A stretch of 64,000 nucleotides of DNA from Dicyema japonicum (lineage: Eukaryota > Animalia > Dicyemida). Every line of letters starts with the position of its first letter. Position 1 is the stretch's first letter. The DNA is taken from NCBI GenBank assembly GCA_011109175.1, contig RDEW01000032.1:1-64000 (forward strand). The letters are read 5' to 3'. Both the position numbers and the translations under genes were made by a program. The notes beneath the pieces were generated by a model, which was given only the letters and a program-made list of their open reading frames with translations, was not told the DNA's origin and made no database searches. This document shows positions 35,250 to 47,630 of the stretch, in pieces.

Positions 35250-37030
35250 GTATAACGTTTTATTTTTCAGAATTGGGTCGACCCAATTCTTAATTTTCAT
35301 TAATTGTCATAAAATTATTCACTCTCTAAAAACTGAATATAGAAGTATCCAAAACAGAATGAACTTCTTACAAGGACTTTTATGAATAATCTTTTCATTT
35401 TTAGTAAAAAACTCTATGTCTCAGGAAATTAGGTCAACATAGTTTACATATATTATTTCTTCTATCTTTTTTGTTATAGCGTCCTGGATTCCTTCATAAC
35501 TGCTTGAAATTTTATTATTCCAATAAAAACAAACGATAACCATGCTTGTCTCAGATTTTTGTGTAGGTTTTTTTAATCTTATAAAATTAGAGGTAGAATT
35601 CTAATCATTCTAAAACTTGCTTATCCAGAAATATTTTATTAATTTTGTTCAAAAAGTTTTTCCAGAATTTTAGCAGAATATTGTTTCGCTTGTTTTTCTT
35701 AAATAAATGACGATCTTTCTATACAAGGGGAGTTTGGATGTAACTTCAATACATATATCTGACAGGTTTGAACTGAAAATATGCGTTTTCTCTAAGAAAT
35801 AATCTCATCATTTCGCTTTTGGAGAAATTAAGAATAACAGCAATTAAGATTGTCATTCATTAATAGCAGGATGAGATCTAAGAGAAAAAACGGCTGGTGA
35901 ATCCATTACGAAAATTGAAATTTTATAAAGATATCTTAGATCTCTGACTCGTATATTCTAGCTAAATTATGTCTAAAAAATTAACATAATTCCACGAAAT
36001 TTGGTTTTCTAAGTTACAGAAATACCATTTGTCAAAAAAGTTTATGATTGCATGATATAGTGTCTTATAAGGTATATTAAAATGCCTGACATGATCAACT
36101 GATAAGAAATTAGTAGTAGATCATTTATAAAATAATTTTGCAATTTATAATGTTTTATTTTTTAGAATTGGGTCGACCCACTTCTTGATTTTCATTAATT
36201 GTCATAAAAAATTTCACTCTTCAATAACTAAATATAGAAGCATCCAAAACAGAATGAACATCATTATAAGTACTTTTAAAAATTATCTGGTGCATTTTAG
36301 TGCTTAAACGCTATGTCTTGAGAAACTAGGTCAATATATTCTACATATATTATTTCTTCTATCTTTCTTGGGCATAGTGTCCTAGGTTCTTCATAAATGC
36401 TTCCCAATATACTGTGAACAGTAAAAAAAGTCTTTTTAGGAATGCCCATGTTTGTCACAAAATTTTGATATGTTTTTCCGAATCTCACGAAGAACTCATG
36501 AAAATAAAATTCTAATCTCTCTAAGACTTATTTGCCAGTACTTTTAACAATGAATTTAGCAGTTTAATGAATAGATACTCGAAAATTAAAAATTTGCGAA
36601 AGCAGACTGCGCAGGTTATTTAGGTATATCGATTCTTAGCTTTCTGGGATGCGGTTGACGGACATCACCATTGAAAAGCTCATGTATGCATAGAATTATC
36701 ATTTTCCAATCGAATAAACAATTCATCTCCTAATTTTTGTACAATGGATTCAATCTAAGACTGAATTCATTGTTCTGATTTACATTAAATGAATGATGGT
36801 CTTTCTATTTAAGATGTACTCTATGCTATTTATATGAAGTGATCGAGCTGAAGAGAGGAGTCCCATAGGGATCGGCTTTTTTCTCTAAAAAAGATATCTA
36901 ATAACGGTACTAGGTAAATTGAGAATTATGGCAATTAAGCTCGTCATTCAGGAATAAAGGATGAGATCTTTAGCAAAGAAGCAAAATTACGTCAAAAAAT
37001 TAACATATTTCTATGAAATAATTTACATTT
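35250..37030 (-). repeat. Tandem pair of about 0.9-1 kb degenerate gene-like units; third copy at about 14850-15300
   Basis: agaattgggtcgaccca..ttttcattaattgtcataaaa occurs at 35270 and 36165; ggatgagatct at 35869 and 36959; aaaaatta.cata.ttc at 15275, 35976 and 36996. Confidence 0.7.
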
Positions 37031-37065
37031 ATATTTAAGAACAAACCCATAAATTATTTAAGATA

Positions 37066-39412
37066 ATGAATTTTTTATGTTGGTTTCTTATTTTAAAAAT
37101 TTCAAATGATGAAATAATAGTTGATAGGGAATTTGAGTTGTGCTTAGTTGAAAGTGAATTTGATACTTGTATATATATAAATTATTAATAGGTCTTAAAC
37201 GATTAATAACTTTAATTAGTCAGGAACAAAATTATTTGGAATATTTAAATTACTTATATCGCACAAAAGTAAAATTTTCATAATTTTTAGATTAATGATG
37301 CTAATAGAGAAGTTTTCTTTGAAAATGTAGAGTCAACACCCTTTTTGAGTTTAGAGATATCTATTTGCCAAATAATGGCCTTCAATTTTAATGATATTCA
37401 ATTTAAGAAGTTTGTAAACGATACCATAAAAGAAGAATTAAGAAACAAATTACAAAATATTTTCTTTTTAGAAAATTATTTTAAAAATAGAAATACGTCG
37501 AAAATAATTTATGTTAATAATTCTGCTTATGATGCTAATTGTATAAATGAAAATAATAAGTTTATAAATTTTGAAATGATAATTGAGCATTTACGAAACG
37601 AAAGACCAAATGAAAAAATTACAGATATTTTATTTGAGTCGATGGATGATTTCGTCAATGAATATTTAAATAACTTGATAAATGGAGGGATTCTATCAAA
37701 CTTTCAAATCTTCGTTAAAATAATCGGACCTGATTATAAATTGGAAAAATTAGCAGGTTAGTCTTTTTTTAATTCTAAGATGAATTGATAAATACGGATC
37801 ACAGCGATGAGGTTTTGATTTTAAATAATAATATTAGAACGGTCAAAATGTTAAAAATTTTTTGGAATTACTTGAATTAACAGGTAAACTATCAAATGAT
37901 ACAGCGTCTAAAGCAAGAAAAGCTATTTTTGATCCAGTGAATGGCATTCCTCCAGATAGTAATCTAAAATATGAAGTCATCGATAAAATAGTGGTAAGAA
38001 ATTCAAAATTTTCTTCAAAAAATAATGTCTCTGGAGAAATCGAATTACTTACTGAAGATCCTACCGAAAGTAATTTTATAAATAAATCGAGTTCGCGTGG
38101 TTGTTCATAATGAAAGCAAATTAACTCCTACAAATGGAACATCTCCACAATCGCTTCAAGTTTCGATTGTCGCTCAGTTTGAAATAAAATCTTTATCATT
38201 AAAATTTCCAATACATTCAAATTATAGTGAATATACTAATAAAGTAGCAAAACATATTAATTACAGGGGTTTACTCCAAAGTGTGTATTTTACAACAACG
38301 AAACTGGCCTTTGGGAAATTGTGGGTATAATAGAAATTTCTGGATCGTTTTATGTCTGTAAATCTCTGCATTTGACAAGTTTTGCTATTCTATTTGTAAT
38401 TATCATTTTCACGTTAGGGTCCAATAACTTCGTCTGAATTTAAAAATGATGCAACTACAGTCATTACAATAATTGGAATTTCTTTCTCCACAGTCGCTAT
38501 AATAATTTCATTTATTATATTTATACTCAAAATTAGGTTGGTATTATTTATTTACTTCAGACTTTTGAAGATTCTATTTTTCAAATTTTTTTACTTAATT
38601 TGAAAACATCAATTTTGATGTTGAACATGGTGTTTATTTTTGGAATCATTTATTCTTCAGAAAAAAGTTATGTAGAGTGTGTAACAGTTGGAGTTTTACT
38701 CCACTATGGAATTTTGTCTCAATTTTTATGGATGTTCACAATATCATATGTCCATTATTTAAAATTTAACAAAGTAATTGGAGTCAACATAAAATATTTG
38801 AAGGTCAAAGCATTTGTTATTAGTTGGGGTTTTATTTTAGTTTTATTTGTAATTAGGTTCCACTCTTCATTGTCGGTTTAATTTTAATAATAAATAAAAA
38901 TTTATTATTCCGAAGGGAAATGCCTGATTTCTGGAATTAGCTTTTATTTGGGGTTGCTTAGTCCGATTATAATCTGTCTGCTTTTAAATTTTATGTTATA
39001 CATTCTTTGATGTGTGGATTTATGAAAACTAAAACACCAATAAATACAAATTCAATTAAAAACAAAATTTTATTTTCACTTTTCATTTTTTCAGGTAAAA
39101 TTAAAATATATTTTAGGACTTCCATGGATTTTATTATTTTTTGTAAGATTTAGCACGGTGTTAGAATATATTTTTATTATATTCGTTAGTTTTCAAGAGT
39201 TGCTCATTCTCCTTTTAAATATTATGAATTTAAAACAAACATTAATTAAAAAAATAAATCCAATAAATGATAACGAACAACTTACAAACACAAATAATCT
39301 TACTTTAGAAAATGACAATGAAAATTTACCTTTAACGAATTCAAATTTTTTACTAAGGCCTATAAATTTATTTATTACAAAAATTTTATTTCCAATAAAC
39401 AATAAAATTTAA
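37066..39412 (+). CDS. Adhesion-type GPCR (signal-like N-terminus, GAIN/GPS, 7TM), copy 2; largely intact
   Basis: Starts MNFLCWFLILKISND, with 22-23 nt introns. GPS PKCVFYNNETGLWEIVGIIEISGSFYVCKSLHLTSFAILF (38282-38395) precedes the TM helices. Only a few homopolymer indels were seen. Confidence 0.85.
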
Positions 39413-39535
39413 CAAGACGATGAATTCACAGTAATTAATATTTCTAACGTTATTTATTATCTTAGTTTATTTTGTTTGTTTGCTAACTATGTTCATATAT
39501 CAACATCTAAATATAATCATAAAAATATCTTCCTA

Positions 39536-39715
39536 TTATTATATTATTTAAGCACTTCACGAGAGCCATATTAATTATAGCCCCGCATGTGCAGCAAAAG
39601 AAACAAGGTTAGATGTCATCTTTTTCCATGCTCCCCTGTTCATAGCCAAGGCTCTCATGCTGTCCAGGTCGTCGGCATTTATTAGATTTTTTTTGATCTT
39701 GACCAGGTCTTTTAT
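39536..39715 (-). mobile_element. 180-bp 5'-truncated RTE LINE insertion with 11-bp TSD
   Basis: Encodes ADDLDSMRALAMNRGAWKK. TSD atatcttccta at 39525-39535 and 39716-39726. The insertion is absent from the paralogous site near 61480. Confidence 0.85.
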
Positions 39716-40006
39716 ATATCTTCCTATACATGTAGTTATTTTAGTTGATTTTCTAAGTTTTTTTAATTTCTTGATAGAGTTGATTTGTATTCTAATCTCA
39801 ATGCATTAACACTTTTCTTCTAGTTTCTGATGCTTTCCATGTGTGTTATCCGATCCACAAAAATCACCCTTCCAGATAAGGAATGGGTATTATTTCCACT
39901 AATAAAATTTTTCACCTTAAAAAGAACTAAAACTTTATTTTCAGAAGTAAGAACAGCAATATCAGTTAATTACATTGAAAGTAGCTCTTTACTTTTTGTT
40001 CGTGAA

Positions 40007-42245
40007 TTATTATAATAGCACTTTCGAAGAACCAAAAATGTATTTTATTTAATTAAGGTTCCGCTTTTGCCGTATTTTTCTTCAGGTTATTTTTTTCCCA
40101 CAATTCTCTTGACCAACTTCCTCCATGCTCCGCGGTTACACGCAGTTATTCCAAGCGTATCCAGATCATCTCCAGTTTTCAGCTTTCGTCCTACATTGGT
40201 CAGGTCCTTGTGTAGAACCTCTGGCAAAGTTATGCGAGGTCTTCCACGGAACGAGGTATTCACTTCTGGGCAGAAATAGTTATCCATTGCTATTTTAGCA
40301 GGCGTCATCTGACTCATTCGAAGGATGTGACCAAACAGACGCAATCTTGATTCCAGGATATCCAGACTCAATGGTCTTGTATCACATCTTTGTATAGATT
40401 CTTGTTTGTAATTTTTTTCGGCCAGTTGATGCCAAGCAACAGTCGGAGTTGCTTACGATGGAAGACATCTAGTTTGTCCATTACCGCTTCTGAGACACCC
40501 CAGGTTGCAGCGTTGTACATTAGGACTGGTTTCACGAAGGCATTGTATAGTCTCACACGTAATTGTGTGCTAATTTGTTTACGATGATTCCAGACTACTC
40601 TCATTTTTCTAAAGGCCGCGACGGACAATATATTCCTGTTAGTGATATCCTCAGCGTCTCCGAGCAACGACCCCAATTTTTTACAGTATCTCCATTTTTA
40701 TCAGTTCGTGTTAGTTCACGGCGTATGGTAGTTGTCTCCGTCTTTTCCGTATTGATTTTGATGAACCATTTTTCTAAGACATCTGGCATTTTTGTCCGTC
40801 TGAAGCCTCTGAGTGCCGCCTCCAGATATGTCACAAAAAGTACCGGTGACAAGGAATTCCCTGCGGTACCCCGAACGTTGTCTCGAATGGGACAGACTCC
40901 AAATTTCCAAAACGTACACTTAGCTGCGTTGTTCCAAGTGATAGGCGGATCATTCTGACACTGTCCTCGTCAACCAACTTCTCCAAGATATCCAAAAGTC
41001 TCCCTCTATGTATAGAGTCAAAGGCTTTGGACATATCCATGCCAAGGATGCCAATAGCCCCCTTGTACTTTCGATGTGTTGCGCAAAGCCATCGATGTCC
41101 CAGACCACATCAGCTGTAGATCTCCCTGACCTGAATCCGCTTTGACCGTGAGAGAAAGTTCTCGATGTCAGATCCAATCCTGTTCAGCACTATAAGTGAT
41201 AGTGTCTTGCGTAGAGTCGTCAATAGTACGATGGGTCTTAAATTCGTTAAAAAGCTTTTAGCTTTGCCCGGTTTTTGTAGTGCAATTAGTGTGCCATTAC
41301 CCACATCGAGTAGTAAGTTGTATTTGAATGTTTTGTTGTTTATCTCAGTTAATAGCTCAGAGATCTCGGTCGGTGCATATTTGAGAAGTTCTGCATTTAT
41401 GTTGTCAGGACCAGCAGCTCTATTGTTGTTCAGTTTGTCCAGGGCTTTTTTTGTTTCCAGAATCGTTATCGGAATATTTAGTTCTCGTGCTTCACCATCG
41501 AATTGTTTGATGTTTTCCCCGTGGTTTTGATTGAAGGCCTGCTGATAATGACTGGATATGGCCGATAGAATTTCATTTTTGTTTAACATAGTCTTTCCAA
41601 ACTGATCATGTATTGTGATTTTTGATGACTGCGTGTCTCTATGTAGTAGGTGAACAGCCTTGAACATCTGCGCTCCGTTTTTGAGCCTTTCTACTTCTTT
41701 AGCCATTCCAACAAGTTTATTTTCCTTTATTTCCCTCGTTCTTTTCTTTATTTTATACAGGGTTTGGTTCCGCATGACTCTTAGAGTGTGTTCCTTTGCC
41801 TGGTCCTGGCAGGTTTCGACCTGTAAACGTAGGTTCCTCTGCAATTTGGATAGTTCTTCAAGCTCGTGGTCATAGTGCCCGTTGAAATGCTTCGGTTTTA
41901 CTCCGACTGTTGAATGGGCCGCGCACTTTATTGCATCGATGGTGTCTTGCCACAGCTCCCCAGGCATTTTTTCTTTATTCCACTGTCTGATCTTTTCTCT
42001 CAATGTATTTTGATAGCTTTCCCGACTCGGTCCCACCATGCAGAGTTGCTCTACTGCGAACCTCCCCTCAGATATCCTCATGCCAGCCGCTTTGGAAACC
42101 CCAAAATATCGTTTGAAAAGGAAACGTGCCACAACCAATCTGTGATCACTATCTACTAGTGTCCCACTGTAGCTCCGAGAATCTGTTAGCAGTGCCTTGT
42201 AGGCTTGTTTGCAGATAATGTAATCTATTTGGTTATATATAGGCT
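40007..42245 (-). mobile_element. RTE-clade LINE, 5'-truncated within APE
   Basis: IDYIIC...DSDHRLVVARF, LNNNRAAGPD, DMSKAFDS, GVPQG, MSPVLF and GRPRITLP...RGAWRKLV. Absent from the paralogous cassettes at 46262 and 61745. Confidence 0.93.
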
Positions 42246-43087
42246 TGATAGTCCAGAAAACAATGAGTTCCAGAAAACAATATAGTTCCGCACTGTTGAA
42301 ACACTGATGACGGCGTCACTCGTCAACACCAAAGCATGTGTGGAACCATCAACCGAACGGGGGTGGAGTGAATCGAACCTTAATTCATGATTATTACACT
42401 GTTCCATCAGGCCTACAACCAATAATGGAGTTTTAATAATGTTGATCGCAACATAAATATTTAAACAGTCTCAGAAATAAAAATGACCCTAGTTTCAAAA
42501 GTAGGGTAATTTTTACTTGACCTAAAAATTTAAAATTTTGACGTAATTTTTGACATAGATATCAGTAAAAAGTCCTGGAAAAATACAAGTTGTGAAGAAG
42601 TATTATATAAAAAAATTCAATGCACATCAATCAGATAGAATACATCTGGGTACATCTGAAATCGACAAAGAATGTTCTTGAACAACTGCAAACTCTTAAG
42701 TGAATAGTTTAACAAATAATCGAAGAGAATAATTTCGGAAACGAATCATTTAACTGTCACAGGCATTCTGACTCGAGTTTAAATTGTATTATCTAACGAC
42801 TCAGTAACCCATTCTCTTAATCGATCGAGAATTTTCGAAAAAAAGATGCTTCTAGTGAATAAAAAATAGGAGACGGACCGAGACAAGAGAAAGAGAGATC
42901 CCCTTAGGGTTGTGTAGAAGGTAGAAACGACAAGAGAAGAGATGGCCTGTATGTGTTATCTGAATATTACTATTAAATGTTTTCTTAAATATTTTAAAGT
43001 TAAATATTTTTAAACCAAGAAGTTTTAAATTTATTAAAACCCAACTAAATAACCCAGATTAGTAAGTTAGTAAAGGCAAAGTTTTTA

Positions 43088-43624
43088 TCAAATTAATTTC
43101 GGGCATTTACCAAGATAGACGCAGTATTGTACGGCAAAACTTAATAGTTCATATTTTTTGTAGCTCACATACGCCTCCTAATTTATTAATATAAAACTTT
43201 ATGATTGATATATCAATTTTTTCATTAATGCAAAATTTACAGTCATTAGCAATTCCGCGAAAGTTTTTACTACCATAATTGTTTCGATCATGGTGGTATT
43301 TCTTTTCATGATTTTTATGGAAGTGATCAGAATTACGATGTCCTCGAACTTGTTCATGTTCATCAGCATTTACGTAGAACTCATCATCACCATAATTGTT
43401 TCTATTATGGTTGTATTTTTTCCCATAATGATTTTTATAAAAGTGATGAGAATTATGATGTCCTCGATCTTGTTCGTGTTTATTATCATTTATATCCAAC
43501 TCCTATTTATCACGATAAACCCTTTTAGCATTTGAAATCTGTGATAATAATATAATTCCTTTAATTAATAGGCAAAAAACCAATTAGACCAATCATTTCT
43601 GCCAACTAAGAATTATTTATGCAT
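43088..43624 (-). pseudogene. His/Asn/Asp-rich secreted-type protein, copy 1 (in-frame TAG at about 43503 and indels)
   Basis: Paralogue of 47088-47630. It has AAA TAG GAG where copies 2 and 3 have AAA TAT GAG. Confidence 0.65.
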
Positions 43625-44199
43625 TTTATTATAAATTTATGGTTCGCCATTAATAAAAATAAAATATATATTTAATATTTATATTTAAAGTTAGTAATTT
43701 TAATAGTAAATAACTAATTTATCAATTTATTATTTATGTTGATAACAAACTCTGAAAATGTCTGCTTTAAAACGAGCTTTCTGAGTTCGTTACCATATGA
43801 TCATTAACCAACAAGAAAAATCAACATGTACCAGGTAAGAAATGTTTATTGTTAAAATCAAAATGTCAAACATCGATCACACAAACTGCATGTATATTCA
43901 CATTCAGAATGGCGAGCGAGATTAGTTCAAATAACCAGCAGCGCTCAAGGGAATCTCCTGTTAGTACAGAAATCCGATTCCCTAGAAGATTCCAAGAATT
44001 TCAGTCTCTCAAGAGCAATGTTTAAATAAAATTAATTATTGGAACGAATGTCAAAATATCAATTACATAAAATATTTGTAATTAACTTGTATTCACGACA
44101 GTCAAGGATGAAATGTTTGATAATAAAGAAAAAGTGAGATTATTGCCGAACATTTTTCAGGACTTTTGAATGAAAAGTGAAACCTAAATGTGGAGCCAT

Positions 44200-45745
44200 T
44201 TGAAAATACCAAGAAGTCTGAATCTAATATCTACAAAGGAAACTAACCTGGCAATCATTAAATTAACAACAACAGGCAGCGGGAAGACAACATACATGGA
44301 GAAATGATCAATGTATGCACCAGGCGAACTGACAACCCTCATTACAAAGTTTTCAATAAGGTATTTGAGACGCATTCCCCTTGAAACTTGGTGATGGAAT
44401 TTTGATTCCTTTGCATAAACCAGGAAAGAGTAAGGGACCGATAAAAAATCTTAGACCTGTGATATTACTGGGATCATTGAGGGAAAAACTATCTCTGATA
44501 ACCCTTAGTCGGATATCTTCTGATGTTTATGAATTTTTGTCGCCGGGACAGAGTGGGTTCAGAAAGGGACGCTCGACCGCAGATGCTGTTTGGTCCCACA
44601 GGTGGAGATGTGCCGTTTGTCAACGATATAAGAGTGATTTTAAAATTTTGGGAGTTGACATGTCTAGTCCGTTTGACAGTGTCAACAGAAAAACATTGTT
44701 GGACGATGCTGGCAGTTTTCTTGATGAAGATAACACAAGACTTGTTCGTTTCCTATTATCGAATATTGAAATAACTGTACGAGTTGGGAACTCAACATCG
44801 AAGCCTTTCGGGACAACAGTTGTAATACCTCAGGGAGTTCTATTCGTATACCTGGAAGCGGCATTGAGAGCTCTTAGAACAAAATGTGAAGGATACATGC
44901 CGATGGAAATTATATATGCAGATGACATAGATTTTGTGTCAGAAAATGATTTGGAACTTGGACTTGCTTTAGAAAAAATTTCTGGAGAATTTAAGAATTG
45001 GTCTCTGCGAGTTAATCAGGAAAAGACTGAACACATAAGAATCACAAGGGAATCAAAATATATTGATGAAAATTGGAGGAAAAAAAGGAAATTGGGATCC
45101 TTACTTGGTGATAGTGAGGACATGATGTATAGAAGAGTTCTAGCCACTCCCATGTATAAGAAAATGCAGAAGATATGGAGTCGACGAAAACTAATAAAAA
45201 CAAATCTCAGAATAAGACTATGCAAAGCATATATAAACTGGTGCATATGTACAACTCGGGTACATGGGGGTCACAGAGCTAGAGCTCAAGAAAATGGATA
45301 TATTTCATCGCAAACAATTACGCAATTTAATGGGCCTAGGTTGGCCCAAAAGATTTCAAATAAGAAATTATACTCTGTGGCATAATCGAAGCCAATAAGC
45401 ATCGATATTAATGAATCAAGTGGAGACTGTTCAGGGCACTTGCTCAGAATGGACATAAACGCCCCTGCTAATATAATAATGGACAATTACTTTAACAATG
45501 AGAACGAATTATCATTCAGAGGAAGACCCAGAGTCACTCTACCCATGGCTCTGAACAAGGATCTTAATGGATTAGAAGAAATATTAAATCTGCAGAAGAC
45601 CTAGAAGATCTAAGAACAGATGCGCAAAGCAGAGGCGATGGAGACGCCTAGTGAAGCAGATTGTAAACGTGTGGCACAAACGGGACCTTAGTTAATATAA
45701 CGTTCTTTGGTTCTGTAAAAAGTGCTTTTTAATAATTAATAATAA
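44200..45745 (+). mobile_element. RTE-clade LINE, RT to 3' end
   Basis: ORF 44381-45385 has LRPVILL, QSGFRKGRST, VDMSSPFDSV and IYADDIDF, then GRPRVTLP and a ggttctgtaaaaagtgct plus taa-rich tail. Confidence 0.93.
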
Positions 45746-45940
45746 CATATGTGCCTTTTGAAGCCATGCTGCGTATGAACCATAAAAGGCGCTGTCGTGA
45801 CTGCAAAGATCCAGTCACTCGGCCGATACGTGTTTGTGTGGGGTCGAGGGAGGATCATCGTCCAAAATGAGGTACCTGCTAGAGCGTGGTGGATCACGTG
45901 ATTAGTTAGTTTGTGTAACCGTGGTTTCTGGTGTTATTAA
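45730..45940 (+). mobile_element. LINE 3' end remnant, same family as 5755-5990
   Basis: ggatcacgtgattagttagtttgtgtaaccgtggtttctggtgtt. Confidence 0.55.
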
Positions 45941-47087
45941 TAAAACATCTAAATATATTATATAGAAATATATTTTTATACATGTAGTTACTTTCAGTTG
46001 ATTTTCTAAGTTCTTTTAATTTCTGTTAGACATGATTTGTATTCTAATCTCAATGCATTCACACTTTTTTGTTATTATCTTTTAGTTTCTGATGCTTTCC
46101 ATGTGTGTTATCCGATCCAAAAAATCACCTTTTTAGATAAGGAGTGGTATTGTTTCCACTATTTAAATTTTTCACCTTAGAAAGAACTCAAACTTTATTT
46201 TCAGAAGTAAGAACAGCAATGTCAGTTAATTACATTGAAAGTAGCTCTTTACTTTTTGTTTGTGAATGAGCTCCAGAAAACAATATAGTTCCGCACTGTT
46301 GAAACACTGATGACGGCGTCACTCGTCAACACCAAAGCATGTGTGGAACCATCAACCGAACTGGCAGTGGAGTGAGTCGAACCTTAATTCATGATTATTA
46401 CACTGTTCCATCAGGCCTACAACCAATAAGGGAGTTTTAATAATGTTGATCGCAACATAAATATTTAAACAGTCTCAGAAATAAAAATGACCCTAGTTTC
46501 AAAAGTAGGGTAATTTTTACTTGACCTAAAAATTTAAAATTTTGACGTAATTTTTGACATAGATATCAGTAAAAAGTCCTGGAAAAATACAAGTTTTAGA
46601 GAAGATTTAAGTATTATATAAAAAAAGTCAACACACATCGATCAGATAGAATACATCTGGGTACATCTGAAATCGACAAAGAATGTTCTTGAATTACTGC
46701 AACTCTTAAGACTAACAAATAATCGAGAGAATATTTCGGAAACGAATCATTTAACTGTCACATGCTTTATGATTCGAGTTTAAATTGTATTTTGTAACAA
46801 CTCAGTAACCATTCTCTTAATCGATCGAGAATTTTAGAAAAAATGATGCTTCTAGTGAATAAAAAAATAGGAGACGGACCGAGACAAAAGAAAAAGTGAC
46901 CCCCGTAGGGTTATGTAGAAGGTAGAAACGACAAGAGAAAAGATGGCCTGTATGTGTTATCTGAATATTACTATTAAATGTTTTCTTAAATATTTTAAAG
47001 TTAAATATTTTTAAACCAAGAAGTTTAAATTTATTAAAACCCAACTAAATAACCCGGATTAGTAAGTTAGTAAAGGCAAAGTTTTTA

Positions 47088-47630
47088 TCAAATTAATTTC
47101 GGGCATTTACCCTGATAGACGCAGTATTGTACGGCAAAACTTAATAGTTCATATTTTTTGTAGCTCACATACGCCTCCTAATTTATTAAATTAATAAAAA
47201 CTTTATGATTGAATATATCAATTTTTTCATTAATGCAAAATTTACAGTCATTAGCAATTCCGCGAAAGTTTTTACTACCATAATTGTTTCGATCATGGTG
47301 GTATTTCTTCTCATGATTTTTATGGAAGTGATCAGAATTACGATGTCCTCGAACTTGTTCATGTTCATCAGCATTTACGTTGAACTCATCATCACCATAA
47401 TTGTTCCTATTATGGTTGTATTTTTTCTCATGATGATTTTTATAAGAGTGATGAGAATTATGATGTCCTCGATCTTGTTCGTGTTTATTATCATTTATAT
47501 CCAACTCATATTTATCACGATAAACCCTTTTAGCGTTTGAAATCTGTGATAATAATATAATTCCTTTAATTAATAGGCAAAAAACCAATTAGACCAATCA
47601 TTTCTGCCAACTAGGAATTATTTTATGCAT
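47088..47630 (-). CDS. Unidentified His/Asn/Asp/Lys-rich protein with a signal-like N-terminus, two ~39-aa repeats and a 4-Cys C-terminus; copy 2, intact model
   Basis: With a 48-nt and a 24-nt GT-AG intron it reads MHKIIPRIILLSQISNAKRVYRDKYELDINDNKHEQDRGHHNSHH...YGDDEF-NVNADEHEQVRGHRNSDHF...YGSKNFRGIANDCKFCINEKIDIFNHK-EAYVSYKKYELLSFAVQYCVYQGKCPKLI*. Confidence 0.7.

Noticed and set aside
43290-43535. Hydrophobic Met/Ile-rich ORFs on the + strand (also 47205-47540 and 62307-62516) that look like membrane proteins
   Set aside because: They are antisense shadows of the His/Asn/Asp-rich minus-strand frame (CAT/AAT/GAT read as ATG/ATT/ATC).
43088-47090. Stop codons of His-rich copies 1 and 2 are exactly 4000 bp apart
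   Set aside because: The intervening DNA includes an unrelated truncated RTE insertion, so the round number is coincidence.
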